A stretch of DNA of 63,931 nt, counting the filler, from Stramenopiles sp. TOSAG23-3 (taxonomy: Eukaryota), in the NCBI GenBank assembly GCA_900128585.1. It is 3 parts of 3 records of this genome, joined end to end, with 100 filler letters (N's around TTAATTAATTAA, not from the genome) between each part and the next. Parts side by side here need not be neighbours in the genome. Positions count along the whole stretch, not along the records: positions 21,652 to 43,198 come from LT642355.1; positions 43,299 to 63,931 come from LT642370.1; 1 more part is not named here. One strand, given 5' to 3'. Shown piece by piece: positions 32,286-44,402 of the stretch (positions within the stretch are counted from its first letter, which is position 1; each line of letters starts with the position of its first letter). The notes beneath the pieces were generated by a model. That model was not told the origin of the DNA and ran no database searches. It worked only from the letters and a program-made list of their open reading frames with translations. Position numbers and translations under genes: made by a program.

Positions 32286-35200
32286 TCAGTCGTTCTTCGT
32301 TTCCAACGCGTCGCTCCCTTCCCTCTCCAGCTCCTTCGTCTCGAGCCTTCCTAGTTTCTCCGCGATCTCCTTGGTCGAGAATTGGCGCCGGGCATCTTTG
32401 CCCTCGCGGGTGGCCTCCTTCTGCGTGGGGTCCTGGATCCCGCGAGCAACGCGGATCGTATGGTTTTTCTGCCCCACGACTTGGCGCCCACCTTCCCCCA
32501 TCTTCGCCAGCTCCTCTTTGTGCAGATCCAAAAGCTGAACATCAAACGCTGGGATAAAAATGCCTAGGATGGACCTCCAGTGGTACGTCCTGTTGTCTAC
32601 GTTGTACCGTCTGGCGTCGCGGTAGAACACCAAGTACACGTCGTTTATTATCACCATGAACATGTTGCCCATGACCAGGGTAATGAACATGAAGTAGGAC
32701 ACGAAGAACAGGGGGGCAACAGCTGGGTTTGCCTCCGTCAATTCGTCGTAATTGTACACGCCTACGTTCATCAGCAACAACGTGACGATGCCCCGGCGCG
32801 TCGACCGGTACCCGTGCACAGAACTGCCGAACAGCTGGTGCCCAAGGTTCGCGTAAGCCCACATAAGGATGACGAATATAACAAAGAACGGTTGCACAGC
32901 TCTCAAGCTGCTGTAAATGACCTGCATGAAAATCTTTATTTTTCCGTGAATCCTTAAGTACTTGATCATTCGCACGGCCAGGCCCAGCAAGACGATCATG
33001 TCTAGCTGGAACTGAAGGTTGTACAATTCCATGAATATCCCTATGTCGGTGTACTCCTTCGGGGGGCCCACGGTCGTGGCGATCTCTACCCTGACGCTTT
33101 CCGAGTAAAGCGTCAGGCGAAGCAATTGGGTTATCAAAATTGCAACGCATATTGATAGGTCCAAGTACGTGGACTTTGGCATACTCTGCAACGCTCCCAT
33201 GATGTTTGCATACGCTTCTCGGTGCAAGGCCAATATTCGGCTTTGGTAAAAAATCAACCCGATTGCGGCGGTAGACATAAAGGAATCTACAAAGCCCACG
33301 TATTTTTCAGGGTCGCTGTTGTACATGTCGATCTGCATTCCATGGTACGATATGTGGGCCTGGACGCTGCCGGCCGGGCTTAGCTCCATCACCATGTTGA
33401 CGTTCAGGTAGTAGTTGTAATTCCCGTTGTAAATTAAAAAACTTACGATTACCGCCCGGGTCCTTTTCTCGTCTATCCACTGGGATCTCCTCATTTCTGC
33501 TATGGTCTCCGCCCACTTTGTTATGTTGTTGTCCAAGTCGATAACATATCCCGTGCCATCGTATACCCCGATGGCCCCTTTCTGGGTTGCCATTTGAAGG
33601 GCCGGGCCGACTGCGCGACGAACGGGGGTTGGGTCCCACTTAAAGGCACTGCTTGGAAGGTTCGCCCGTTGCCCGCTACATGAGCAATCGACGCTGTCGC
33701 ATTTTGCCACGTTCGAGCACCCACCGACACATTTCCCTTCGCCACCATCCTTGCACCAGACGCAAGAACCCGTAGTAGCGCAGGTGCCACAGTCGTCCAA
33801 TTTGCTGCAAACGGTATTTTCAAGGCAGTCCAAGTCGGTGGGGTAGCATTGGGACTCCAAAATGTCTACCCGGGACATCCCAAACGGCTCCCCGGCCTTG
33901 TGGGCCACGGGCGGCTTGTCGCGCAAACATCCGCATTCCCGGTTCAATCCCGTCCCATAGTTCTCGAAGCATGCCGCATCGTCGATGCCTTCCAACTCCT
34001 TACTTTCCTTTTGCTTCGAGAACACGCACGACGAAGCCCGGACTCGAACCTGGCGGATGCGTACTGTCCAAGGTGTCAACTTGTTACTCATCAGCAACAT
34101 CCCGTCCCGGTCCCGGGTCGAATTGCGAATCTCGTACCCGCTTTTAAATACCACAGATTTTAGTGGAGTGTCTAGGAACGTAAGGATTTGATCAATGTCC
34201 GATATGTCATGGTACCTCAAAATACTCCCAGACCCAAAGGTTTTGCTGTTGATTAGATCGTCTACGGCAAGTTTGACAAAAAAGTGCCGCCGAATGTCTC
34301 TGCGAAAGACCATTGCCGAGACAAACGTTAGGAGGAACAGCATAAAAAAGCAGAAGCTTTTTATAATTTTTTTCTCTTTGTCCGGTATATACTTGTATGT
34401 CCTCGTGTCTGGCTGCTCAAGATTGAACTCCTCCTTCAAAATTTGCATGGGCGTCTTCACCCGGTCCCTTGCCTTGTCCAGCACGGACGCTTTGATGGTC
34501 TCCCAGCCTCTCTCGAACGCTCGGTACGGGAGCACTTGGGTGCCGCCAGGGTCCAACTCGTTAAACAGGTCTTCGCACTCCGACGCATCCAACGTCTCGT
34601 CGGCAGCTTGCAGCGTTGACATAAACGACTGCAAAGAAATGGAGTTCGCGTGGTCTCGGTCAAAGTACTCGAACGCTTGCTTTGGGGTCAGACCAACGCG
34701 AAGTCGCTTTTGAGAGCGCTGGTGCGTCGTGTAGGACGCTATGACTTCCATGAAACTGTCGAACGACAGCTCCTCGTTGACGGCGTATTTGGAAAACAGA
34801 TTCCTCAGAAACCACTCCTCGTCCGGGGATACGTTAAGGTGCTCTTTCATAATTTTCTGAAACTCGAAGACATCAATACTTCCACTTTCGTCTACGTCGT
34901 ACCTGTTAAATACGAGCTTTTGCTTCTTCGGGTTGGCCATGACGGCCTCCGCAACGTCTTCGGGGGGGGGAGTATTGCAAGTATAAACGTGGGAGTTGGT
35001 TGAACGGCTTGGTGCCTGCACACCCATATCCCCTCTCTTCGTCGTTCGACAATACTTTGAGGCACGAGTACACGTTATCGTTGGGCCGATACAATCCCTT
35101 CTCAAAATACTCGACGCTAGTTGCATAATTCGCTACCAGCCTGTAATTAGCCGACACTAACCCTCCCCACAGCAAACAAACATCGTCGAGTAAACTTTCA

Positions 35201-35631
35201 AAGTCGATCTCTTCTGTTATGTGGAACTGTGCCCGGGCCCGCCCCCCCCCTACGACAGTCACTACATTACGCTTTGCCGCCCTGTTCGACCTGTCCCTAT
35301 CGCCTCTTTTTCGCACTATATTTTCGAAAGTAACCTCTTTTCTTAAATCCTGCAGCTCCTTGCTCTCAAAGGTTACGTGCGACTGGTTTCGGCGCACACG
35401 CTTCTCTAGGTCGCGGTATAAGGCTACCCGAGTGAAGTAACCAGAGGCCGCCGAATTGTGCTTTTGGTTTTTCGAATCGAAGAAACTAGAACCGCTTGAG
35501 TTTAATTTGGCGTTGAACGAATCTTTCAACTGCAGCGTTTCGACTTCCGCGGCCACCAGTTCTAATTCAGCTTGAAGCTTCCGGTGCTTCTGCCCAAGCG
35601 ACTCTAAGACTTTCCTTGAGTGTTTCTCCAT
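32286..35631 (-). CDS. Polycystin-2 (TRPP/PKD2)-like cation channel with N-terminal EF-hands; one-base frameshift at C9 run 34962-34970
   Basis: VRIRQVRVRASSC, YDGTGYVIDL, WIDEKRTRAVIV, YANLGHQLFG, PLFFVSYFMFITLVMGNMFMVIINDVY; EF loops DVDESGSIDVFE and DRDHANSISLQS. ORF 35631 joins ORF 35126 at YSPP|EDVAE. Confidence 0.88.
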
Positions 35632-36492
35632 GCTGAACAGGCGGTCGCGGCGTTATTGTTGAATGTACACAAACTTATGTTTGTTCAAAAAATTAAATTA
35701 TTCACTCCATCTTGGTTCTAGGTAGTGGGATGACCTTATGTTGAGAAGAAATTTGTAAGGACGGCATGTGTTTGTTTCAGATGAATCGTAACAAAATAAA
35801 TAGGGCGACCTTTCTCGCTTCGTGTTTCAAATCTAACAAACTAATATATTATTACATTTGTTTTAAGTAATTTTACATTATTATTAAAAAAAATTATTAT
35901 TTATTCTTCTTCCTTCTTCTTCTTCTTTTCTTCCATTAATTATTATTTGGATGGATTGAGGCCGGCCGAGAGAGAAGAAAGATAGACGAGAGAGAGAGAA
36001 CTGAGAGAGAGAACCGAGCAGTATTATTTATGAGAGGTCCGTTTCTTAATTTAACAAGTTCTCTGAGTTTATTATAGTATACCATAATAATATACTTATA
36101 ACTTATTTAAATTCTTCCTATCAACAGCTTTATGATGGTGGATGATCGATGATCGCCGCAAAAAAAATAAAAAGAAGAAGTGAAGAGAAGAAAATTAAGA
36201 AGCCTTTTTGTTTTGTTTTTTATTATAAAATGGATGATGAAGAAAAGGAGGAATAAAAACAATGTATACATCAAAACAAAGAAAATCAACGGGCGAAGAA
36301 AGCAGTGGGTAAGTAGAATTGCTTGTTTTTTAACGTTGTTTTTAAACCGTTGCATTTTTTATTCTATTTCGTAGTTTGTTCGTGGTGTGGTTGTCTCCTC
36401 GGTGCACGTACAACTTTGAAAACGAGTAGAGTGAGACTGTACGGCGGCCTTGGCTTATCGAGTTATTTTTGAACTATTGAACTGTTTTTAGT

Positions 36493-38631
36493 ATGGGGAA
36501 GAAAGGAAAGAATTCTTCCAATGGTGGGGGTGCAAAAGTTGAAAAGATCCAGGCGGTCGTCCTCGCGGACTCGTTTACAGAGACCTGCAGGCCAATATCG
36601 TTAGAGATGCCAAAAGTTCTGTTCCCGCTGTGCAACACCCCAATGTTAAGTTATGTTCTGGAGTTTTTGGAGTCAGCAAAAGTAGACGAGGTCCTAGTCT
36701 TCTGTTCTAGCTTTGCGGAAAAAGTGAAGGAGTTTTTAGATAATTCGAGGTGGTCCAGCAACTCAGGAGAGGGTGGCCAGAGCAGGATGATCGTGCGGAC
36801 CATTGCGTCCAGCAGGACGTCCAACGCGGGCGACGCCCTCCGCGAGCTGGACAACCAAGACCTTGTCACTTCCGAACCGTTCGTGCTTATCAGTGGGGAC
36901 GTAGTGTGCAACATTGACCTTGTTTCCGTTCTGGAAGCCCACAAAGCCCGCAAAGAGCTTGATAAAGACAATGTTATGACTGTGGTGTTTAAAAAGGCGA
37001 GCCCAGACCATCGCACCCGGCCCGTTGACGACGACCTGGTCGTAGTGCTGGATACCCAGTCCAAGCAGATCGTCAAGTATGACAATCTGTGCAAGTGCGC
37101 GACGATTGAAGCCGAGGCGTCGATTTTCGAAGAGCATGAAGGCATCGAATTTCGGTACGATTTAATGGACTGCAACGTAGACGTCTGCTCGAAAGAAATG
37201 CTCCTTCGAATTTCCGATGAGTATGACTACGAGGACTTGCGAAATGATTTTATCCGACGAGAGGTCCAAAACCGGGAACTGGGCCATAAGATCTACGGGC
37301 ACATCGTCCAAAGCGAGTATGCGGCCCGCGTGCATTGCCCCAGGACGTACGACGCGGTCTGCCGGGACGTGATCCGGCGTTGGGCTTACCCGCTGGTCCC
37401 GGACAACAACCTGTACGGGACATCGTTTGTGTACTCCCGTGTGAACCGGTACAAAGAGTCCGACGTGCACCTGGGCTGGTCGGCGACCATCGGCTCGGAC
37501 ACGGTGATTGGGTCGAAATCAAGCATCATGACCGGCGCGGTCGTCGTCCAATCCGTCGTTGGCCGCAACTGCCAGATCGGTTCTAATGCCAAGGTCACTG
37601 GGTCGCACTTGTGGGAGGGCGTCGTCGTTGGCGAAGACGCCGTCGTAGAGCACGCCATCCTGTGCAACAACGTTGTAGTCATGCAAGGGGCTCACATCGG
37701 CCGAGGCAGCATTTTGTCATTCGGCGTTGTAATCGGGGAGCACATTAAAATTGACCCGTTTGCGAGGATTACTTGCATCGCCAATTCGAACGGCGAGTTT
37801 GTGAGTGAAGAGGGGGTGGTGGGGGCCGCGGGGAGGGGGAGGTTGTGGAGTGCGGTAGAAGAGATCGATGAGGATGAGGTTGAGGAGAATTATGGCAGTT
37901 CGGTTCAGGCGAAGACTGTGCTAGAACGCCTCACGAGGCGGAATTCGATAGGGTCGATGGAGTACGAAGAGGACGTTGCCATGCGGTGGAAGGATTGGAA
38001 GGACGCGGGATCGGGCGCGTCCGACGTCCACCTGGGGGACGGGGGGCACCACGACGACGGCACGTCGATTTTTGAGAGTGAAATTTCCCGCATGATTACA
38101 GACTCGTACAGCGAAGGTCTGAGCATTGACAATTTGGATTTAGAAATCGGCTGTTTCAAACGAGCGGAGAACATGGCGTGGGACGAGACGCTGTCTGCTT
38201 GCCTCCCGGCCATCCTCAAGCTGGTGGATGTGTCCCAGAAAAACGACCAGAAAGGCCTCTTGAAGTCCACCACGGATATGCTCGATGAATTCAAAGGGTT
38301 GGTAGAGAAAATGTGCGACCAAGGCGATGACGTGGAGACGGCGTTGTTGGAAGCCCTTGAGAAGTTCGTGCTGTCGGAGGAAGAGTCGAAAGCCCTTTTC
38401 CGGCCCTTGTTTCCCCTTGTACTCAAGCATTTGTGGTATGACATGGAAGTCCTGTCCGAATCCGTCATTGACCAGTGGGCCCTTGAGCGAGAAAAACTGC
38501 CGGAAAACGACCCCGACCGTGTTCTGGTCGACCAAAAGCACACAAAGATGGTGCTGGAGCATGTTCGCGCAGCTTCGTCCAGTGATAGCGATGGGAGTAG
38601 TGGCAGCTCGTCAGGCAGTGAAGATAGCTGA
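36493..38631 (+). CDS. EIF2B5: Translation initiation factor eIF2B epsilon subunit
   Basis: IQAVVLADSF, PKVLFPLCNTPM, RRWAYPLVPD, hexapeptide left-handed beta-helix repeats and C-terminal W2/HEAT domain. Confidence 0.95.
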   Translation: MGKKGKNSSNGGGAKVEKIQAVVLADSFTETCRPISLEMPKVLFPLCNTPMLSYVLEFLESAKVDEVLVFCSSFAEKVKEFLDNSRWSSNSGEGGQSRMIVRTIASSRTSNAGDALRELDNQDLVTSEPFVLISGDVVCNIDLVSVLEAHKARKELDKDNVMTVVFKKASPDHRTRPVDDDLVVVLDTQSKQIVKYDNLCKCATIEAEASIFEEHEGIEFRYDLMDCNVDVCSKEMLLRISDEYDYEDLRNDFIRREVQNRELGHKIYGHIVQSEYAARVHCPRTYDAVCRDVIRRWAYPLVPDNNLYGTSFVYSRVNRYKESDVHLGWSATIGSDTVIGSKSSIMTGAVVVQSVVGRNCQIGSNAKVTGSHLWEGVVVGEDAVVEHAILCNNVVVMQGAHIGRGSILSFGVVIGEHIKIDPFARITCIANSNGEFVSEEGVVGAAGRGRLWSAVEEIDEDEVEENYGSSVQAKTVLERLTRRNSIGSMEYEEDVAMRWKDWKDAGSGASDVHLGDGGHHDDGTSIFESEISRMITDSYSEGLSIDNLDLEIGCFKRAENMAWDETLSACLPAILKLVDVSQKNDQKGLLKSTTDMLDEFKGLVEKMCDQGDDVETALLEALEKFVLSEEESKALFRPLFPLVLKHLWYDMEVLSESVIDQWALEREKLPENDPDRVLVDQKHTKMVLEHVRAASSSDSDGSSGSSSGSEDS

Positions 38632-39252
38632 GCCCTGGGACGTATTGGGAAGAAGGCGGCGAGACGTTTCCATGATCTGGTCGTGGCTCATTGGGTTGCC
38701 AGCTCATTTTTCTACTTTCATAAAATTTATGAAAAAACACATATAATTTATAAAATTACACAGCGCAGAAGTAGCTCTATAATATTTTACGAGAAGGAGA
38801 CAAAGTTTACGCCCGCTGTCTTTGATTTCGTGGGGGGGGTGGGGTGCACTGTGTGGCATAGCGAACCCACTAGTGCGACGCTTGAGTGTAGGGCGTTGGG
38901 GGACGACGGCGCTGTGTATTATACACCGACTCTAAATTTTGTCAAAATAAACATACTTTATTTTTCTATCCCTTGGTATTCCCCTGTAATAGTTTTCGGC
39001 CTACCGCGTTTCCGAGGCGACCCATTTGGAGGATTGTGGAGGTGCGCCGGTTCACGACAACTGCACGCGTGAGGTGAAACATTAGTAAGTTCTTAGCTGT
39101 TAATGCGTTGCGTTCGTTTGACAGAAAAATACCTAGAATATTTATGTTTTTAATGTACCCACAGGATGGTTATCGCAACACTGACAACCAAAGAACGCCG
39201 GGCGGGCGTTTTCCGTTCGTTGTACCGGCTCCCTTCCATCACCTAAAAAAAT

Positions 39253-39699
39253 TTACGCAACCAATACGCAGCCGCCGCCGGCCTCCTTGATCTTCTTCTC
39301 TGCAAGCTTGCTGAAATACCGTGCTTTTACTACGATGGGTGCTTTTGGCAATCGACCTTTCCCTAGAACTTTGAAGAAACCTTTTTCGGTTACGTCGAGA
39401 ACTGGCCCTTGTCCGTCTTTACGCGATTTTGCGGCCTCCAAAACTTCATCTCCAAGAAGGGTCCACAAACGGTCTACATTAACGGTGGGCCGGAAGGTTT
39501 GGTTCCTCTTTAAATGATAATGGCGCATACCAATCTTACCAAAGTAACCTGGATGGTATTTGTCCATAAGAATACGGTGGTGGTGTTGACCACCGGCGTT
39601 ACCTCGACCACCCGGGTGGGAACGGTGCTTACCGACACGACCGTGCCCCGCGGAAACGTGACCACGCTTCTTTCTGTTTTTTGAGGTTCTGGATGGCAT
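39253..39699 (-). CDS. RPL27A: 60S ribosomal protein L27a (uL15)
   Basis: [43 protein letters not shown] and KVLGKG. Confidence 0.99.
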   Translation of the reverse strand: MPSRTSKNRKKRGHVSAGHGRVGKHRSHPGGRGNAGGQHHHRILMDKYHPGYFGKIGMRHYHLKRNQTFRPTVNVDRLWTLLGDEVLEAAKSRKDGQGPVLDVTEKGFFKVLGKGRLPKAPIVVKARYFSKLAEKKIKEAGGGCVLVA

Positions 39700-40110
39700 A
39701 CTGAAAGTAAAGTAATGAGTTTAATAAACGCTTGTTTACGTATGTTTAATACTTTTTGTAATAGAGCGGTGCCGATATTCTTTCACGTAAATCGTTGTTG
39801 CGTTTCCTTGCAATGCGTCCGTACCTGTCTATCCCAACTACAGGCACTCTCTCACTTGAATGAAAATTAATTGACAACTTATTGACAAATTGTATTTTTT
39901 TTATTTTGTGTCAATGATCTTCTTTTTTTTTATTTTCCCTCGTCCTTCCGCATATTATTTCTATGTTACAGAAATAAAATCCATTTTCTTTTGGAAGGGA
40001 ACTTGGATGGGTGGTTGCCAATTTTATTTAAAATATTAATATTGAAATAGCATAGGAAATCCTATTATAAAATAATCATAACATAGAAATAGTAAGGGAG
40101 TATTATGTTG

Positions 40111-40231
40111 TTTGCATTGCATAGTAGGCGAATAGTATCGGATTCTAATTGATTTTGCATTGCGTAGTAGGCGAATAGTATGGGATTCTAATTCATCACC
40201 ATGTTATCTAGATGTTATCTATATGTTAATC
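40111..40231. repeat. 43-bp-period tandem duplication (2 copies) followed by about 3 copies of ATGTTATCTA(G/T)
   Basis: TTTGCATTGCRTAGTAGGCGAATAGTATSGGATTCTAATT at 40111 and 40154 with two mismatches; 11-bp unit at 40201-40231. Confidence 0.9.
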
Positions 40232-40947
40232 CTATTCTAAGAAAGTGATTTAGAATAAAATATACTACACAGCATTGATGTTTTATTAAATAAGGGTATT
40301 TAATTTTAATCGTATACTAATTTCAATTCAAAAATACAATTTAAAACAATAGAAATTCTAACATAAATATATTTTTAATATTTGATATTAAATCCTTATA
40401 TTATTGAAAGGGAATTAAAAAGAAGTTAGAAGAGGGAATATAATACGAAATCGAATGGTCATGAATGAATTGGATAATATTATGTACTTTGTATTATTCG
40501 GGTCTTTATAGTTTGGTATTGTGTGTATATTGATTGTTTGTATAATAATATGTATAAAAGGTTTTATTGGAGAAGAGAGTGCTGTGTTCTTAGGCTCGTA
40601 TTTTACCATTTTATTTCCTATTACAAAATGGGATATATAAGTATAGAATTTTGTATACTTAAATATTAAATCGAACCAAGTTATACAACTTTTAACCAAA
40701 TTAATCCACCTATTAATTATTTCATTTATATACAATATATAAGTACTAATTTATTCTTTCGATCGTTGGTTGTGAGTTTTCCTTTCAACTTGCCACTTTC
40801 CATGCTAAACCCTGCTAAGGCATTTTTGCTCGTTCGTTCTCTCCCAAACCCCAATGTTTTAATGTACTTGTATTTTCTTATTATTATTCTAATCTTCCTA
40901 TCAAAAAAAAGAAAAAAGAAGTGATGGCCCACTCCCTCCCTCACTTT

Positions 40948-41139
40948 GTTTCTTTCTTTCTTCCTTCTTCTTTTGCTCCTTTTAGCTCCTCTTCNNNAAA
41001 AGAAAAGAGTCTTCACTGGCCTCAAATTAATTTCTTCTTTCTTCTCTTTCTTCTCTTTCTCTGTTTCTTTCTTTCTTTCTTTTCTTTCTTTCTTCTTCTC
41101 TTTCTCTGTTCCTTTCTCTGTTTCTTTCTTTCTTTCTTT

Positions 41140-41186
<47 letters not shown>

Positions 41187-41295
41187 CTGTTTCTTTCTTC
41201 TTTTCTTTCTTCTTTTCTTCTTTTCTTTCTTTCTTTGTTTCTTTGTTTCTTTTCTTTCTTTCTTTTCTTTCTTTCTTTCTTTCGACTTCTTCTTC
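40948..41295 (+). repeat. Long (TTTC/TTC)n polypyrimidine tract between divergent RPL27A and eIF3e
   Basis: About 300 bp of T/C with recurring TCTCTGTTTCTTTC subunits and a 3-N gap at 40995. Confidence 0.9.
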
Positions 41296-41776
41296 GTTCG
41301 CGGTTAAAGCCTCACTCACTGTGTACCTCCTAATGTAAATTAATATCTATAGAGCTAGTATTTAAATTGTCACCCCTCTCTCCTTGGTTGCTGCTCATCA
41401 GAAGCCATCCATCTTTCTTCTTCGTTCTTCTTCTTCTATCTTCTATATCATCATCCAGAAAATAATAATATGATGATGATAATATCATAATAAATTGCAC
41501 TACTACTAGATTTTTTCTCACTGTTTATTATGAGATGTATGGGATCGAGACTTTTTGCCTTGATTTCTTTTACGGATGGATTGAGATAGGGAAACGATAG
41601 CTTGTACATTGTGGTAGTTGAAGTGAACGAAAAATTATACATTAACATTTCATATAGTGGTAGAAGAACAAAAGAATAGTTTGCTTTGCATTGTAGAGCT
41701 TTCCTCCCTTTCTTTTCCTCATCCTTGCTTCCCCCCCCATCCCCCGACCGACCGACCGACCGACCCTTCATTCAAT

Positions 41777-43198
41777 ATGGCCACCAGTGACAATGACGGT
41801 CAAGAGTTTGACCTGACCCAAACGATAGCCCCATTCTTGGACGTACACTTGATGTTTCCTATTCTTGCACATCTAGAAGAAAGCAAGCTCTACCCGATCA
41901 ACGACCTGTTGAAGGCCAAGCTGGAGCTCTTGGGGCCCACGAACATGCCCGACTACGAGATCGAGACGCACCAGCAGGCGTACGGCACGACGTCCATCCC
42001 GGAGCAGCTGGAAGAAAAGAAGACGAAAGTGATGGAAAAGTTAGACGCCCTGCGCTCGAAGGCCGAGACGCTGCTTAACCTGATCGAGAACGACCAGGAC
42101 AAGGTCAACCAGCTGAGAGAGAACGAAAACTTCAACATGGGCTACCTGAAGGCGAACCACGGCGTCACGGACGGGTCGCTGGAGGCCCTATGCAACTACG
42201 CGAAGGAATACTTCAATACGGGGAACTACGAGATGTCGTTGTACTACTTGGTGCACTACGTCCTTTTGGACGACCCAGTTTCGTCGGACGCCGCTTTCTC
42301 CGCGATGTGGGGCAAGCTCGCCTGCGAGATTTTGCTGTGCGACTGGGAGCAATCCTGGGTCGACATGAAATACATAGCGGATGCGATTGATACAGAGAAC
42401 GTGAGCCCACTGCTCACCCTGGAGAGGCGGGCATGGTTGCTGCATTGGGGAATCTTCATATTTTTTAACCACAAGGAAGGCCGCGAGTACATTGTAGATT
42501 TTCTGTTCGAAAAGGAAAAGTACATGAACGCGCTCCAGATCTACTGCCCGTGGCTCCTTCGGTACCTGGCGGCGGCCGTCGTCACGAACAAGCGCCGCCG
42601 GGGCAGCGACATGTTGAGGAAGGTGGTCCGTATTACCCAGCAGGAAGGGTACACGTACCAAGACCCCATCACGCGCTTCATCGAGTCGCTGTACATTGAA
42701 TTCAATTTCCAGGGCGCCCAGGAAATGCTGAACGAGTGCGAGAAGGTCTTCAAGTGTGATTTTTTCCTAGGGCCGTACCGAGAAGAGTTTATGGAGAAAA
42801 GCCGTTTGCTTATATTTGAGACGTATTGTCGAATACACGAAAAGATTAACATTGACATGCTCGCGGAGAAGTTAGGCACGAAGCAGGACGAGGCGGAGCG
42901 GTGGGTCGTCGACCTGATCCGCAACGCCCGGTTGAACGCAAAGATCAACTCGGAAGAAAAATACGTAGTCATGCAAGCAAAGTACCCCTCCATCTACCAG
43001 CAGGTTATGGAAAAAACGAAGAACCTGTCCTACACGACGTATGTGTTGGCGGACAACCTGCGCGAGTTTTTTACGGAGGCGCAGCAGAGGGCCGCGGACG
43101 AGAAAGTGAAGCGAGAAGCCGAGGAGCAGAAACTGAAGGAAGAGACCGAAGCGCTGAAGGAGAAGGAGGCCATGGAGCGGAAGCTTATGGAAGAGGAG
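41777..43198 (+). CDS. EIF3E: Translation initiation factor eIF3 subunit e (INT6), 3' end truncated by linker
   Basis: DLTQTIAPFLDVHLMFPIL, WGKLACEIL, RAWLLHWGIF, LIFETYCRIH and AERWVVDLIRNARLNAKI. ATG 41777. Confidence 0.97.
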
Positions 43199-43298
43199 NN
43201 NNNNNNNNNNNNNNNNNNNNNNNNNNNNNNNNNNNNNNNNNNTTAATTAATTAANNNNNNNNNNNNNNNNNNNNNNNNNNNNNNNNNNNNNNNNNNNN
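43199..43298. other. Artificial contig linker N44-TTAATTAATTAA-N44
   Basis: Same spacer as at 21552. Confidence 0.95.
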
Positions 43299-43312
43299 CG
43301 ACGACGACGGGG

Positions 43313-44360
43313 ATGGCAGGGGGGGCGAAGAACGATGCGTGGATACGAAAGGTTGCCGAGTTAAGGGAAATGTTGGGAAAACCGATGGATGGTTCCGTCG
43401 GGTCGAAAGGGTTGCCTGAGTCGGACGGGACTGTCCCTGGGCCTCCCCCTGGTGGTCCAGGGGAACGGGCGGACAGCCCAACCTACCAATACTTGTCGAA
43501 CAGTTACTACAACCTGAACGAGCGAAGGAAGGGGGACGGCGGTGTCGCCAAGAAACAGCCGGTCGACCCCCCGCAGCAACGGCAGTACTCGTCCTACCGG
43601 GATTCCATCCTTGGAACGTCCGCGCCCGTCCCGGCGCCCGCCCCGTCGTCCACGGCCGCCACCACGCCGCCGCCGCCGCCGCCAATGGCGCCGCCGCCCA
43701 AGCTGGGCCCCCCGACGCGCCGCCGGTCGAGCGTTGCCCGGAGCAAGGAGCAGCTGAACGAACTCCTCCCGCTGAGCGAGGTCCAACGGCTCGTCCGGGA
43801 CACGCTGCGAAAGACGAGCGATAGCCAGGCTGCGGCGACGTCGCCGACGTCCCCGACGACGCGGTCCGAGAGGATTGCGGAGATGGTCGCGACGGCGGTC
43901 GGCCAGGCCGTCGTCAAGGCGGTGACGGCGCTCGGGGAGCACCAAGGGGACGAAGTAACGCGGTTGGAGGAGGAGAACGACCGGTTGATCGCGGTCGTCC
44001 GGGGCGGGACGCAGAACGTTGCGATGAAGCTGGGGCCGAAAGGGAGGGCGCTCGAGGCCCAGGGAAGGAAGGGGGCGTACCCTTACCCTCGGACGATCGT
44101 CGGGGCCCTGCGGCACTGCGCCAAGGGGGACAGCGAGCCGTTCGTGGAGCACTACACGTCCCTTGCGACGCACTGCAAATCCCTCCGAAAGGAGAACACG
44201 TTCTTGCGGACGCTGACGGAGGACTTGAGGGTAGAGGCAAACCGGCGACGGGGGGTCCTGGAGGGGCAGATCGCAACGCTGAAAGAAGTGCTCTCCCAGC
44301 ACGGAATTGCGTACAGCAGCCCGCAAAAGTCGGCGGCGGCGCCATCGTCGTCCTCGGCGG

Positions 44361-44402
<42 letters not shown>

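Noticed and set aside
40805..40813. CTAAACCCT, a telomerase-RNA template-like 9-mer downstream of a TATA-like sequence
   Set aside because: A 9-mer is expected by chance at this window size, a T5 run follows almost at once, and no supporting structure is visible.
40726..41338. K/E/R-rich or F/S/L-rich ORFs (also 18092-18478 and 4878-5237)
   Set aside because: They are translations of microsatellite tracts.
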